From Lingula anatina (taxonomy: Eukaryota > Animalia > Brachiopoda), in contig CM120641.1 in assembly GCA_051362555.1 (NCBI GenBank), positions 10,540,001 to 10,604,000 on the forward strand: a stretch of 64,000 bases of DNA, given 5' to 3'. Positions 11,633 to 25,529 of this stretch are shown one piece after another (positions within the stretch are counted from its first letter, which is position 1; each line of letters opens with the position of its first letter). Position numbers and translations under genes: made by a program. Below the pieces are notes generated by a model, which was given only the letters and a program-made list of their open reading frames with translations, did no database searches and was not told the DNA's origin.

Positions 11633-12736
11633 GCTGAGTTATTGTCCTTAATCCTCCCCCAACGCGACAGAATTCAAAAATAGACGTACGCCTGTTTCAG
11701 TCACCACGCAAACGTGGCAAGTACACACACGTAGTCGGCAGTTATCGTGTTCAGTGTCAAATATACTGACAGGTGGCGCTACACTTGGGTGAATGATAAT
11801 GATGCAATGAAACTTTACTGCCATCTTTCGACAAATCGTCCGGCAAACTCCGACCGGTCACAGAAGAGGAGGAGAGAATAGAAGTAATGATTTTGTATGA
11901 TTTAATCATATTCATTTCCATTTTAAAAAAGCCTGAAAAGTACCATTTAATTAAATTTTTTTCTACCGATATTTCCCATTTACATTTTGTAGACATTATT
12001 GCTCAGGAACAATTTACAAGTGTGAGCCTAATATTGAGGAAACTCTCCGCGCCATGACCTCGCTTTGGTTACTATTGTGATTGGTGATAGTGCTTCCCAT
12101 ATTGAAGCAATGCCCGAAGCAACACATGCTTCCCACATCGAGGTGAAGCAGAGCAAGAAGTTATAATGAGATATAACTTTATAACTTCTTGAGCAGAGTA
12201 AAAGCAAAACACTACCTTGCCGTTGGTCGTTGTAGGCCTAGCCAGTGAGTACCGAGTCGTACTTTTCCCCTGAGGAAACAGTAAATACCTCTTGTTTAAT
12301 GCATAGTAGCATTTCTTGTCCAATATTTTTATCACTCTTATCATCTGTAAGATTGTAAAAAGTTTGGCCAAGGTTTCTTCTTCCAAGACTTTCAGTAGTC
12401 ATCTAATTCATCCCTCCATCGTTTGACCGGCCTTCCTCTTTTTCTTTGTCCATACCTTGGGGTCCATTCTGTAAGCATTTTAGTTTATCACAGTGAAAAA
12501 ACTTGTGTTTTGAACGAATTCAAAATTGCAATAGCATTAGCAGAATGAAACTAGCTCTGTATGCTTAACACAAAATCCTCTGTTGAAAAATTATTAACGT
12601 ACATAATCTGGATTAAGTATTGCATTACCCTTAACATAAACATTGCTCAGTCATTTCATTGAAATGATCAAACTGTTATGTTAACTTTAGTTTTGATTTG
12701 CAGATTCTTCCTTACCAATATATTGTGTGGGAGAAA

Positions 12737-13573
12737 ATGGCAGGAAGGAAGCTAAAAGCTGGCAGGTTGTTTTGGTGACCTTTTTATTTATTTTCAGTTG
12801 TCTAGTCCATTTTTTGTGTGTAAAAATAGACAAAACAAAATAAGAAGAAAGGAAACCTTGAAGAGAGTACTTGAAAAAAGGCCATCATGAATTTTAAACC
12901 CCATATTTTATTCACAGCTCTAGGGAACTTGTTTTGTAAGGTTAAATTGGTTAAAATTTTTGTTAAAGAGTTACAGTTACTGTTTTGAATTTTTATGAAA
13001 AGACAGACTTCAAAATTGTGCATTTATCCACTTCATTTGCAAAGGACAATACTAACGAAATTGTTTACATGTTATTCTTGTAGACAAGTTGTTTTGCTGA
13101 TGGAAAGCATGGCTAAAACAGGACATAGGAAGGTTATTCCCAGGCCAAAACGTTACTATGAAAGCAAGAATTTTCAGACAGTTTTATTTGACCCAAGAGG
13201 TAAGCAAATGATAGCCTTATTTCAATTGTTGCCTTATATTGAAGTATATAATATTAACAACCATATAATAGAGAGAAAAAAAATGTGTATTTAAGTTTGA
13301 AGTCCGTCACATTTCTCATCTCATTTTGCATGAATCATGAAAGTAATTTTTTGTAAACATAATACAGGTATTTTTTCACTACTGGAAAAGTGCAAGTTTA
13401 TTTACAGTACATGCAAGTTTAGTGTATCAGATATGATGTCCATATCTTCAAATGATTTGAAAGTCAGTAGACAATGTCTTTGGTGATTCAGTGCTATTTG
13501 ATTATTTTCAATTTTAGTTCAGAGGATGGTCTTTTACCAGCAAATAAGTAAATGGGTTGTTGCCAGAAAATGA
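12737..13573 (+). CDS. MRPL33: Mitochondrial ribosomal protein L33 (bL33m)-like, 66 aa, 3 coding exons
   Basis: Exons 12737-12765, 13084-13199 and 13518-13573 give MAGRKLKAGRQVVLLMESMAKTGHRKVIPRPKRYYESKNFQTVLFDPRVQRMVFYQQISKWVVARK*. It has the bL33-type hydrophobic-x-S-x-A-x-TG and F/YDP..Q..V motifs. The exact start is uncertain. Confidence 0.75.
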
Positions 13574-15057
13574 CATGGAAAAATGGATTAAAAAACTGGA
13601 AACATTGCCAACGTGATGCAGTGAGGTTATAGGATTATTTCTTGGGGAAGCAAAGAAGAACAGGAGCTTTTTACGACGGACGTATTGTCATGGGTTAAAG
13701 AATAAATCCCATTTAAAGGCAGAGTCAGTTATGCTTAATGGTTGAAAAAGTAGCCTGAAGGTTATGTTATATATATGCATGTACAGCCAAATGATATATT
13801 AATAAAGATGTTATTAAAACAATTAAAAATTTGTGAAGCATTTTTATTGGCAATTGTTTTGTTAATTTGAAAAAAATTGATAGTGGTCATCTCCACCTTT
13901 CCTCTCCATTTTTTTTCAAGAATAAAATTTTCTGCAAAAGTATGATTAAAAACATGCACACAGAAGCACACAGACATGTCCAAACAGTAACAATGATTAA
14001 AAGTGGTAACACTTGGGATGATTTTTTTCCAAGCACCTAAACTCACTTCCATGAAAAGATTGTGTAGCATGAATACATCGCAAAGGCATTTGGGGGCAGT
14101 ATTACATTTTCTCTTGGGAAAGTGCCATGTTTAGGGGCTATATACAGAGGTACTTGAGATGGGTTATGGTTTGTTTAGAACTAAACCTGGATATAAGTGT
14201 AGATTGTTTGTCAAAGGGGGTAAAAACTTGGGTTTCAGATTTTGGGGTTAAATTATTATTATTATTATATTTTTTTTGTGATAAGTCTGTACGGTCAGAG
14301 ATGTTTAATAATTTACAAGCAATTTCAACAACTTGACGTAATGTCTTTGTTATTCACTTGCCACATAATCCCCTTTTCTAATACATAGTTTGTCTTGTTT
14401 GAAAAGATAATTATTCGTTCATGGGGAAACGACGATTTTCCCGTACTTACCAATCCATTCTGACATTCAAAGCCAGTTCATTTTTTTTTTTTATGATCTG
14501 TTATTAGATTATTACAAAGGTTAAGCCATGCGTGAAGGTCACATGGTCTGATGGCAAGTACAGATTCCAGAATAATTGCGATAAACGCTTTTTTGTGATA
14601 AAATGTAATTTGTTAATTTTTTTAGGAGCTAATTAACAGAGTATTTATCGTGAAATATTAATCGCATACGAACAGTTCGTTGTTATCCCTTAAAGATTAA
14701 AAGATTTGGATTCCCCACAGCTAGTCAGAACTAGCCTGAGCAAGCACCGAGTTAACATTTAAATATTGAAACTGACTATTTTTGTCTGCGTTGGTAAATT
14801 TTGCAAAATTTGACAATATTGAAAAATGTGCCCATAGAAAGCAGATCGTTCTCACACGTCGAATTTGTTGTGAAAATAAGACGTGGTTGATGACAATATT
14901 TACAGGTTTTAAAGAATAAGGCAACGAACAAATGCGATATGTTTACATATTCAACAACTTGATCCCTTTCTATACTGTAGAAATCAACTTTCTATAATAA
15001 CCCAAGTGTGTCGTACAATCTTCCAAAGTACCCACTTACGTCAGCACAGATAGCAAG

Positions 15058-18000
15058 ATGTCCAGCAAGAAAAAAAAGAAAGATCCCAAAAATTGGGTAC
15101 GAAGCTTTACAGTGACCGATCCACAACTTCATGAAAAGGGACATACAATATACTGTGTGACCTCTAAGGTAATGTGTTACATCTTAATTTGCTGCTCAGT
15201 TTTGTGTGTAATCCGCCAATTTTCTTGACGACCGTGCCTGTCGGTGTCGCTGTCCTCGACTCAAGCCGATAGACGATACATTCAACGTACTCAACAAGTG
15301 CTACATATATCGCAGCTGTGATTAATACGTCGTGTAACAGATTACCATTTTAACGCCAACCAACTGGCGTAAGTTGACAAATAATTGTGTGATGTCCCAA
15401 GTGAAAGTAAATATACAGTATGTCAAATGATAGAAAGAAGGGGAACCCAAAGAAGGGGCGGTAATGTTTTAACTTACGTGCAGGTATGTGTCTGCACAGC
15501 GTTTGCAAAAATACAAGAGCCTTTTCCAGGTTAAGGCAATGGAGGCTGAATTTTTTGTAGATTGTAACAACAGGGAAGCTCCCCCTCCCCCCCCCCCCCC
15601 CCCCCCCCCTTGTAGGGGCAGGTTTGCTACACACACTTCACTTTTGGAGCTCGGTTATAGATTGTCTGGTAGAAGTTTTCTCTCTGACATTCATATTCTA
15701 TAATACTCTATAATAATATGTACCCATTTCTTTAGGTTTTTCCAATTGATCGCCCAGAAGTGATAACAGAAGTGGTGGTGTGGAGAAGATACAATGATTT
15801 CAAAAAACTGTATCAGTCTTTGTTAAAATTACACAAGGCATTACACAGACGGGCAGAATTTCCACCATTTGCAAAAGCTAAATTATTTGGTAGGTTTAAA
15901 ATATGCTTTTGGAATAATTTGGAAGTTTAAATAGTGCTTTAATCAATTCCAAAGTGATATTTTCTATAAATAGTCTCTTTTATTCAGACTTTTTTGTGCA
16001 CGAGATTTAAAATAATGCTTAGTTACAATGTATGCCAGCAGTTGGCATTATAAATACAAATGAATATGTTTCTTTGGTTTTAAAGGTAGATTTGAAGAAA
16101 ATGTTGTTGAAGAAAGAAGACAGTGTGCTGAAAACCTTCTTAATTTTGCTGGAAGCCAAGACCACTTATTTATGTCTAATCTTTTCCAAAGTTTCTTTGA
16201 GGTAATATCAAAACACAGATGCACACTACTGAATGGAGAAACACTCAATGGAAATTATTGTGTAAAAAATACAATCAACTGGAATCCTGAAATTCATAAG
16301 AGTGTCTCAATCAACCATTTAAAAAATTGCCTCCAAGACTACATTTTGTTTCACTTGGCTAAGATAGAATGAACTGATGCAAATTATGAACGTGTATGAT
16401 AAATTTCATCATTCTTTAGGCTGTTTTATCCCTTTAGGGTACATGTATAAGCAATATGAATATTCAAGACAAATATTCTATGTACATCTACATCCATTTG
16501 GATATGAATGTATTTAACATCACATGCACATGCACATGCATGACCCAATCTACTATTAATAGAATATACAGAATAGTAGGTTTGATAAGATGATAAATCA
16601 TATTTTATCTTTCACTAAAAACAGAATATTTACTTTTGTTGTCAAATAAAACCTGACTTTTACTGTTGCATACATTTTAAGGGTGGCGAAAAAAGCAAGT
16701 TAAATAGAGAAGTGACTGCTCTGCCAGACTCCCCATTGAAACCTACAAAAACCCACCCAGATGAGGACAACACTTTGGTGCAACAGCAGGAGGATATAGA
16801 TGAGCTGTCTGCTAGTACTGCATCCAGTATATCCTCCAGTTTAATTAGTAGCAGGTAATTTTGTTGTCGAGTGGCTGAATTTGGAATGCATATACCAGCT
16901 ACTTCATAAGAAAAGATTCAATATACCTTTATAAGGCTGGCAAAACTTATTTTTACATGTGAAGAATTTAGAGATCAGATTAGTGTTATATTCTGTTCAG
17001 ATTGAAGAATTATTTTATGATAACATTTTTTGCTATTTTGACAGAGAGCTACTAGGAACTCTTGGGGGTGTTTGGAAATTTCCAGCAGTTGATGAAGACC
17101 TCAATTTTAACTCAGATGACAATGAAGATACTGATTTTACTGATGACTCAGCACTTAATACTCCTCTTCCTGACACAGATATTTCATTTTTTGATCCCTT
17201 GATGAATGTTCCAAACTCAGAAGACCAACAGGATCACCAGGGTCATAGTAATGCTTGGTTACTGTCAGCCATGACAGCATGTGCAGAGTTGGATAGCAGC
17301 CAAGAACATACACAAACTACAGAATCACCTGCTAGTAATGACGTTTTTGATGCTGAGATACCAGATAACTTTGGTGTTGTGTCTTCAGATACTTCAGGGA
17401 CAGAAGTCCCTGAATTGGTTGGTGCTGAGGCAGATAGTGTTGATGGTGCTGATTTGGTGCTCAATAGAGATAGTGATTCTACCTTGGGTCAGTTTGATCC
17501 ACTAGGCTCACAGTCAGAATCAAGAGTTGAGTGTGGTAAAGGCGACTTGGAATTGAGCTTTGCACAACACCCAGATGTACCTGATGCCCAACAAATCAGG
17601 GCTAGACAAGATAAGACCAGTAAAAGTTTAAGTTCAGAAATTACAAGTATTGCTAACAGAATACGATCTCACACAGCAGAGAGTGTGACCACAATGGATC
17701 TAGGTGGGCAGCAGGATTACATTTACCAGGCAGCAAATCAGATCAGCCTTGCACAGCAATGTGAAGCCAATGGGAACTTTGAGGTAGCTTTTGGTTACTA
17801 CAAGAATGGTGTTAGTGTACTACTTAAAGGAGTGCAGGGTAAGGTATAAACATTCTGTATTGTGTGTCATTGCCATTTTACTTTTGAAGTTTTTGCAGTA
17901 CTGCAGAACCAAGTGTTAATGTGCATTTATTGTTACAGAAATAATGTTTTGAAAAATAAAACGAAATGAAAAAAAGTTCCTTGGATATTTAAAATGGTTT

Positions 18001-21000
18001 CCTGCAAATCGTGGATATGATTATTCATAGGTTTTTATGGAATTACAAGTATATTGTGTAGTTAGTTTCTGTGCTTTAACTAGCATGAAACATTTTCACC
18101 AAATGCTGAATATTGATTGCCTTTAGCTTAAGAAAATGAAAATATATTAAAATACATTGTAAAGTTATCACTTTGGACTTAGTTTTTGTAATATAACATG
18201 TATATTTTAAATTTATAAGGGGATAGTAATAAGTCAAGACGTGAAGCAGTAAGAAGAAAAACGGCCCAGTATTTACTGAAAGCAGAGGATTTGTACAACA
18301 GACAACTGGCTGACAAAAAAGAAGATCAAAAAAGATGGGGGGTACGTATATAATGTAGTGTGCTCTTTTTGTGCTCTAGTATGGTAAGTAGATGGAGAAT
18401 ATGTGTACAGTTGTGGGCAGGTTATGTTTAGAGAGGGTGATAGTAGGGCACATTCAGATTCACACATTGTACTAGCTGAATCAGCCAAACTCGCTAAAGT
18501 GCGATCAGTGGAATCAGCTAAATTAGCACACAATAGTTAATATCCTCATAGCTGCTCGGTGTGTTAGGGTGTATTTCCAGAGATTTAGATTGATCCAGAG
18601 ATTCACGTTAAATTGCAGTCAGTCGAGCGAGCACCATAGTTAATTACCCCCTTACAGCTTTCAGTAGTATGGACAGACGCTTAAGCCGGCTAAGCTGACA
18701 GTAATCTAGTGAGACTCCCCACAGGGATAGATCGATCTGAAATCTATGGAAATGGGGTGTTAGACAATTAAGCTTGTTCTACTGATTGCACTTAGGCAAT
18801 AATGCCATTTTGTGAATCTAAATGTGGTCTTTATATCATTTGTTTGTAAGTCTAAGACTTAAAGTGTAGGATTTTAAACACACATTGCACACATAAACCA
18901 ATTCTTGTTGAACTTGTCTGAGGACAACGAATACCTTTCAATCAAATGTTAACAGATAATTGTCACCAAAAATAATTAAATCCACCACCTGACGAACCTG
19001 CAACCATCTTAACACAATTTTGAATCTTGCACAAGCCAGAGGTCTGTGTGAAAATTCAGCTCAAGTGATGGTGGAATTTGAAGGAAGCTTTTTCACAGAT
19101 TGTTACAGAGCTATGCTGAGTGTCAAGTAAGGAGGATCAGAGGTTGGTTAGTTGGAGAAAATAATTTTTCTCCAGGAAAATTTATTAAGTATGAAATTTT
19201 AAAACTCATACTTAATTATAAAATTATATATCTAAAAGTTTGATCATTTTTGCCCATTGAAAAGATCGAGTAATTACTGTAATTCATGGCAAATATCTGT
19301 TAAAATCTTCAAAAAGTGTTACTTGTCTTCTGATAAGTTCAACAAAAAGGAGAATTGTTTTATGGCCTTGCATGTTTAAAATCTTACACTTTGTCACTTT
19401 CATAATATTGGGGCTTATTACAAAGGGCATAAACCTGTTAGGATATAATGGCTCTGTTGTTAAAGGCATAATACATTAGTTTCATAGACCATAAGGATTA
19501 AATGCATGTATTATTATAAGAAATGGTTGTAGATTTTGTAAGGGAAGAATAGCATAGATGCTAGATAATCATTTATCTTATTGATGTAGACTGCATGCCA
19601 TGCTATTGCCTCATGTCTGCTTTATATATATATATAATATGTTGGTGGCTTAAGTTAAACTATTGCACATTCATAGAAATAAATGGATGGCATGTCTAAT
19701 AAATGGATGGCATGTCTTTCGGTTTATGTTTATTTTTATTTAAATTACTTTTTGCATGATTTTAGTCTTCCTAGCTAAAAATATTTTTATCTCAATTTTT
19801 TTTATGTTTTGTACCTTCATTTTTCAAACAACAGATATTTCACGCAAAATAGGGAAAATTGTGTGTGTCAGTGCAGAATTTGACTTTTTAAGATCTTTTG
19901 TGTAGTAATCAGTTTGTTTCATTAAAGAATTTTATGTCCATTTTTGTCATTTTTATGGTATTTTGAAAATTACTATTTTTTTTCAAGTATACTAGGGAAG
20001 TAGTTTTTATGTATAAATACATTATATGTAAAGGGAATGTACTATTAATATTACATTATACAAATGCATTTACCCTTTCCATGCAGTCACTTTTGAGATT
20101 ATTCTCTAGGAAGGTATGTAGCATTTTTAGAAAGCTTTCAGTCATAATTACATTTGAAATATTGCCCTGCATCCAAATATTGGAAGAACATAATACACAT
20201 TTTGAATGTTTTAGGAACACTATGGTAATGCTGGAGGTTTCTTGGACTGATAAATGAGGATTGGGATGGGTATTTTACATCACATTTTGTCATGCATATA
20301 TTTACATGAACATGTTTTGAAAAAATTTCAGAGTGACAGCAAAATATCCCCAACTGTTGAAGTAGATCCCAGTATAGCATACCTGCAATGTCCTATCTCG
20401 GAACTTCAGAACTATAGTGTGCTAGGGGTCATTGATAAAACCATGCTGGTAATGGATAAACAAACTGATCAAACATATGTAATTAAGGTGAGTATTAACA
20501 CTCAGATGCAGTTTTTGGTATATAATTTTGCACACAACATCCACATTTATGACTACATGTTAACTTGATAAATAAAAATAGAATTTGATTTCATAATTGC
20601 ATATGTATAAGGTTACAAGAAAAGTGGTTGTGCATTTTACATATTTTTTGTTAAGGGTAATTTTTGTTTGGCTTCAGGTGCTGTACAAGAACACTTTCCC
20701 ACAACTTGGTGTTCCAAACATTATACCCACCCATTGTCCATATATGGTGCAGTTTTACAAGTTTTATGAGACTAGTTCAGCTATTTACTTACTACTACAG
20801 TACGCCAGTGGTGGAAAACTCTGGTCATATATCAGTGGATATTTGCACAGCCATAACAGACAAGGGGCAGATGTGGATAAAACTGGTGAAAATACTCCTA
20901 CCTTGAGACAATCTAATGCATACACAGGCCAGAAGCTTGTGGAAACTGAGGGATATGATATAGTGCAGAGACAAGAACAGAACTTGTCTGGAGTGATAGG

Positions 21001-24000
21001 AGAACCTGAATGTTCCAGTAGCTATATTGAACTTTTTTCAGAATATGCTAAAAGTATGAAGCAAGATATAGATCCCAGTGTAAAATTTTCTAAGGACAGT
21101 CCCAACAGGGTGACGTATCACAAACCACATGATCCAGATGACAGGGAAGAGAAAAAGAAACCAAATTATCTCAGTCTGTCATCTCTAGATGACCAGAGTG
21201 AAAAAGAGGACTCCCCAGCAAGGGATGATGTGTTTGAACAGACACCGAAAGAACCACATGCATTTCAAGATGTTTTGGAACAAGCTCAACCCTCGTTAGA
21301 AGTTTTCAGCATCAACAGCATTGATAGCAGCGATCGCATCAGGCTTGGCAGCAGTATGTCAGACCACATCCAAGGCATTATGGAAGTTACTGAAAATTCA
21401 CCCACACATTCGTCTACATATAGCATTGATGATTCCGACTTAGAAAACTTGAAAAGGGAATTCGAGACTGACCATGAGGATATGTTCAGCAGTGGTAGCA
21501 CCATGAAATTTGAGGATAGCTATTCTGGTAGTAATGCATCTTTGCTAGCTAATCTTGGCACTCCAGAGGCTGGATCTTCCCCTAAAATTGGAAGACAGAA
21601 AAATGAGACTGGAGAAATGGATAGTTCACAAGAACACAAGGATCTAGTTAATAGTGCCAAACAGTTACTGGAATCTGTTGAAATAACTTTAAGTGAAACT
21701 GACAAAGAAGTAGCTTATCTGATGACACAGGATCAAAATCCTAGAAATCAGCACCAGACCAGAGAACAAATCCCAAAGGTTTCCACTATGGCAAATGATC
21801 CCGAATTAATAGCTGGTCTTACAGTTGATGAAAATGGGTGTGGCCCTGATACTGAGGACAAATTACAACTAACAGAAAATGGCAAAAATGCAAATGTTGC
21901 AAGTAACTCAAACATGCCCGATGCTTGCCAACTGGGTGCAGTAAGGAGAACATCTGTCCCATCGTCAAAAGATACTGTCTTAAGTATTCAAACCAACAGA
22001 CAGACATCTATAGAAAGGAGTCTTGAGACACCTTCTAAACCAAGGCAAAGGATGCTGTCTGCTGTGTTCAGCCAGCTGGACCTGGCTGCTGAGGAGAGGG
22101 CCAGTAAGTGCCGTCTACCAGAGACCTGTGTAAGACGTTGGGCTGCTGAGATTATAGTGGCCTTGGATAAACTTCATGGCATGGGGATAATCTGCAAGTA
22201 AGTGAATAGCAAATATATATTCTCAGGCTTCCTAGTTTTTTTGCTTGGAAACTTAACATTATTATACTGTTAACGATGCTGTTTTGTAATAAAGTTTTAG
22301 ATATAAGAAATACATACACCAATTTGTTGCTGTACATGTAAGATGTTAAAATTGATAAGTTGAAGTTAAACAGATATTTCTGAAAGTAAAAGATTAGTTA
22401 TAAATTTCATTTTTGATAAAATTAAATTTCATGCACTATTGATGCTGGTAAGAAAAATATACTCACACTTGATGACTCAGACTGGAGAGCAAATGTAATG
22501 TTGATTATTGAACTTTTCTCTATGATCAGTAGTCACTCTAAATATCTAAATATATTACAATGAAATCTCAGGAAGTAAAATCAATTAATGCATTTATAAT
22601 TCCAGAGATCTCAACCCAGCCAATATTCTGCTTGGTGAAAGAGGCCATATTATGCTGTCCTACTTCAGCCAGTGGAACACAGTAGAAAAGGCACCCAACT
22701 TTGATGCAATAGATCAGCTGTATTCAGCACCAGGTTAGTCTTCAGATGTTTTTTTATTGATACCTTTACTTTAGCCCAACTTGCCCTTGTTAACTCTAGA
22801 AATAACATACACAGTTTGTGATTTGACCAGGAAATAATTGACACTTAACATAAATTCATACAAGCAACTTGCATTCTTTGACAAGATCAGTGAAAGTCAT
22901 ATAAGTATTGTATGCAAAAAGGTTTATATGTAGAATTGTAAGACATTCATGGTTTTCTTTGTACTTTTTCATCTCCTTGTTCTTTTACATCAATTTTCTG
23001 ATTGTTCATTTAAATACTGATTAAATGGATGTCATACAAATGAGCAAATTCTTTTGTAATTTTAGAAATAAGGCAGGTGATGGATCCAACAAAATCTGCA
23101 GATTGGTGGAGCGTTGGTGCATTGCTGTTTGAGATGCTTACTGGTCAGGTAAACCAAACCGGTGCCAATTATCACATTTTAATGCTTTATCATTTGCTGC
23201 AGTTTTCCAGTAATAATTGTGCCACGGCGCGTCCACCAGCCTTTCCTCTCAAAGTACCTCAGTTTTGCTTGAGGAATCGCCATGTCTGTCATATTTTGCC
23301 AAACACAGAACCTTAATTCTGTTACTCCTCATTGGCCATTAAGATCCATCTCTAACCACTATGCCCTCATATTTGGGTGTTTGTTTTTTATTTGAACCTG
23401 CTCAATTTTGAGGTCAAGTGGTGCACTTTCATTGGACAGGTGTTTCCATTGTCACGGGTTAATATATATGGTCAAAGTCTTTCAACATTAGATGTGCTAT
23501 GTCTCTTATGCCATGGTGGATATGAAGAACAAAAGATTCAGATGTGGCAGACCTGCCACACATGCACATCACACATAAATGCAAGCTACACCACACCTGG
23601 GACTTTAGTTTTTAGCATCTGATGAATATTTATATGATAAAGGTTTTCTGTACATATATTAGCTTTAACTAGCTTTACTACAGTAATAGAGATTGGAAAT
23701 GCATATGACATAAATTTGTAATATCTTTGGGACTTACTGTGCATAATCTGTATTTTATTTAATTAAAGCTAGGACTTACCATGTGTATTGTGAAATATGT
23801 ATACATGGTCGTAAATAATAGCAGGTTTATGGTCATATATTCATTGTATTACTTTTGTTTCAGTCTTTGCTGTCTTGTCATCCTAGTGGAATTAATACCC
23901 ACACAGCTCTGCATTTTCCATGCCCTTTGTCAAATGAGGCACAGTCACTGTTAAATGAGGTGAGATTTCAAATTCTCTTCAGTTAACTGTTTTATGTCAG

Positions 24001-24359
24001 CCTTACGCTGATATCTGGCAATATTTGTCAATTGCAATTTCAGCTTAATTTGGCTAAAGTAAATGAAGAGCATTTAAATATTTTCTTCAGTTAGGCCTAG
24101 AAAGGAACTCTTGTCCTGCATTCAATATTTGTTGTAAGATTTAAACTATGAACCCTGGAGTTATGGATATTTGAGCTGCAATCCCATTTCATAATTTTAT
24201 TTTATAGATATGCATAATTTAGTGTGTTCCTTTTTTTTTTCTTTTCAGCTTCTTAGGTATAATCCCAGTGAAAGACTAGGCTCGGGTATTAATGGCATTG
24301 AAGAAGTAAAAGAACATCCTTTCTTTTCAACTGTAAATTGGAATGAACTGTATTATTAA
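15058..24359 (+). CDS. RPS6KC1: Ribosomal protein S6 kinase delta-1 (PX + MIT + split pseudokinase), ~1187 aa, 12 exons
   Basis: Exons 15058-15168, 15736-15889, 16086-16201, 16682-16854, 17045-17838, 18220-18341, 20332-20487, 20678-22197, 22606-22733, 23066-23148, 23864-23959, 24249-24359 form one continuous frame. PX domain (VWRRYNDFKKL), MIT domain (YYKNGVSVLLKGVQGD..RREAVRRKTAQYL), and kinase motifs LQYASGGKLW, ICKDLNPANILL, SYFSQW, DWWSVGALLFEMLTG. Confidence 0.93.
18568..18757. mobile_element. Degenerate MITE-like element in an RPS6KC1 intron
   Basis: Imperfect inverted ends ATTTCCAGAGATTTAGATTGATC / GATCGATCTGAAATCTATGGAAAT; no clear TSD. Confidence 0.4.
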
Positions 24360-25529
24360 GTACTTGTCACCACTTTTAAAATTATGGAACAAAAAAAGTC
24401 CTATAGTGCTTATAGAGGCTTGTAATAAATGTTCATTGCCTCTTTAATAATTTAATATAAGAAACATAACTATTCATGTTTATGATACATTAATTTAAAG
24501 TATCATCAAATGGAATTGTGTTATATGAGTTATGTCATTTGTAATATGTAACATCATAGACAACAAAAATCTGTAAGATATGACAGAACATATTTAATCA
24601 CAACTTTATCAGTGGGTGCTTGAGATTGAAATAAATATTCACTCTCAAAAAACATGCTTTGATCATATAATTCTAAAAACATTGGACACGAGCCAGATAT
24701 CATGTCTGATATAATATGACTCTCTTTCAGGCATTTTAAGATTATGTCAGACATTTTTTGCATTCATTAAATTGGGAAATTGGATAATTGCACACTTTGA
24801 AGAGAGTAACTTTAAACCAACATTAAAGTCAAGTATATTCTAATGCTAGATATTAGTTGCTCTCTCGATCAAATGGCAACAAATTCACAACATTCCGACA
24901 TTCTTTGCCTGAATTAGAAAAGTACTATACCTGAGACATTAATATTATTGTGACTGACATGCAGACACAACATATTAGACATTTTCAGTTCACTCCAGTT
25001 AAGTCCCCTTTTTTTGACAGCTTTCCAGGAATGCTAACCTCTTGTTTACTGTGTGCATATCCTTGATCATGCACTCCTAGCCAAATTTGCCTGCTGATGA
25101 CCTTGACCTTTGAAAAGTCTTCAGTTATACTGTTAAAATGTGTTAGAGATCAAAACTTCTCTTCACACCCAATTTAAGTAGGTTCTTGAGCTAACAGCCA
25201 AGTCTGCTTTGAATGGTTTAGGACTAAAGACAGGATACAGTATATGTTTGCATTGTCTTAACTTTCCATTTTCCTTTTACGAAGCCTGCACTTATTAAAG
25301 GAAATACCATCCCACTATCCCCATCCCCCAACAAACTGCATTTTATGTTAGGTGAAATAGCAGAAAATACACATAACCACTCATTCACTTAAAGTCAGGT
25401 GAAGAAAAATGGTTGAAAAATGCAATTTTTGGGGGATTATATCTGAGTTTGTGTAAAACGGCTTGTAAATTGTTCTCATGACAAAACCCTACAAAGTTAT
25501 TTTAACAGTTTCCTTAAGTTAACATAATC

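Noticed and set aside
3397-15609. Poly-G (3397-3419) and poly-C (15581-15609) runs giving poly-Pro/Gly ORFs
   Set aside because: These are intronic homopolymers, and the ORFs are incidental.
20678-22733. Kinase domain split by a long acidic insert, with HRD changed to CKD and DFG to YFS
   Set aside because: This is the known pseudokinase architecture of RPS6KC1, not a novelty.
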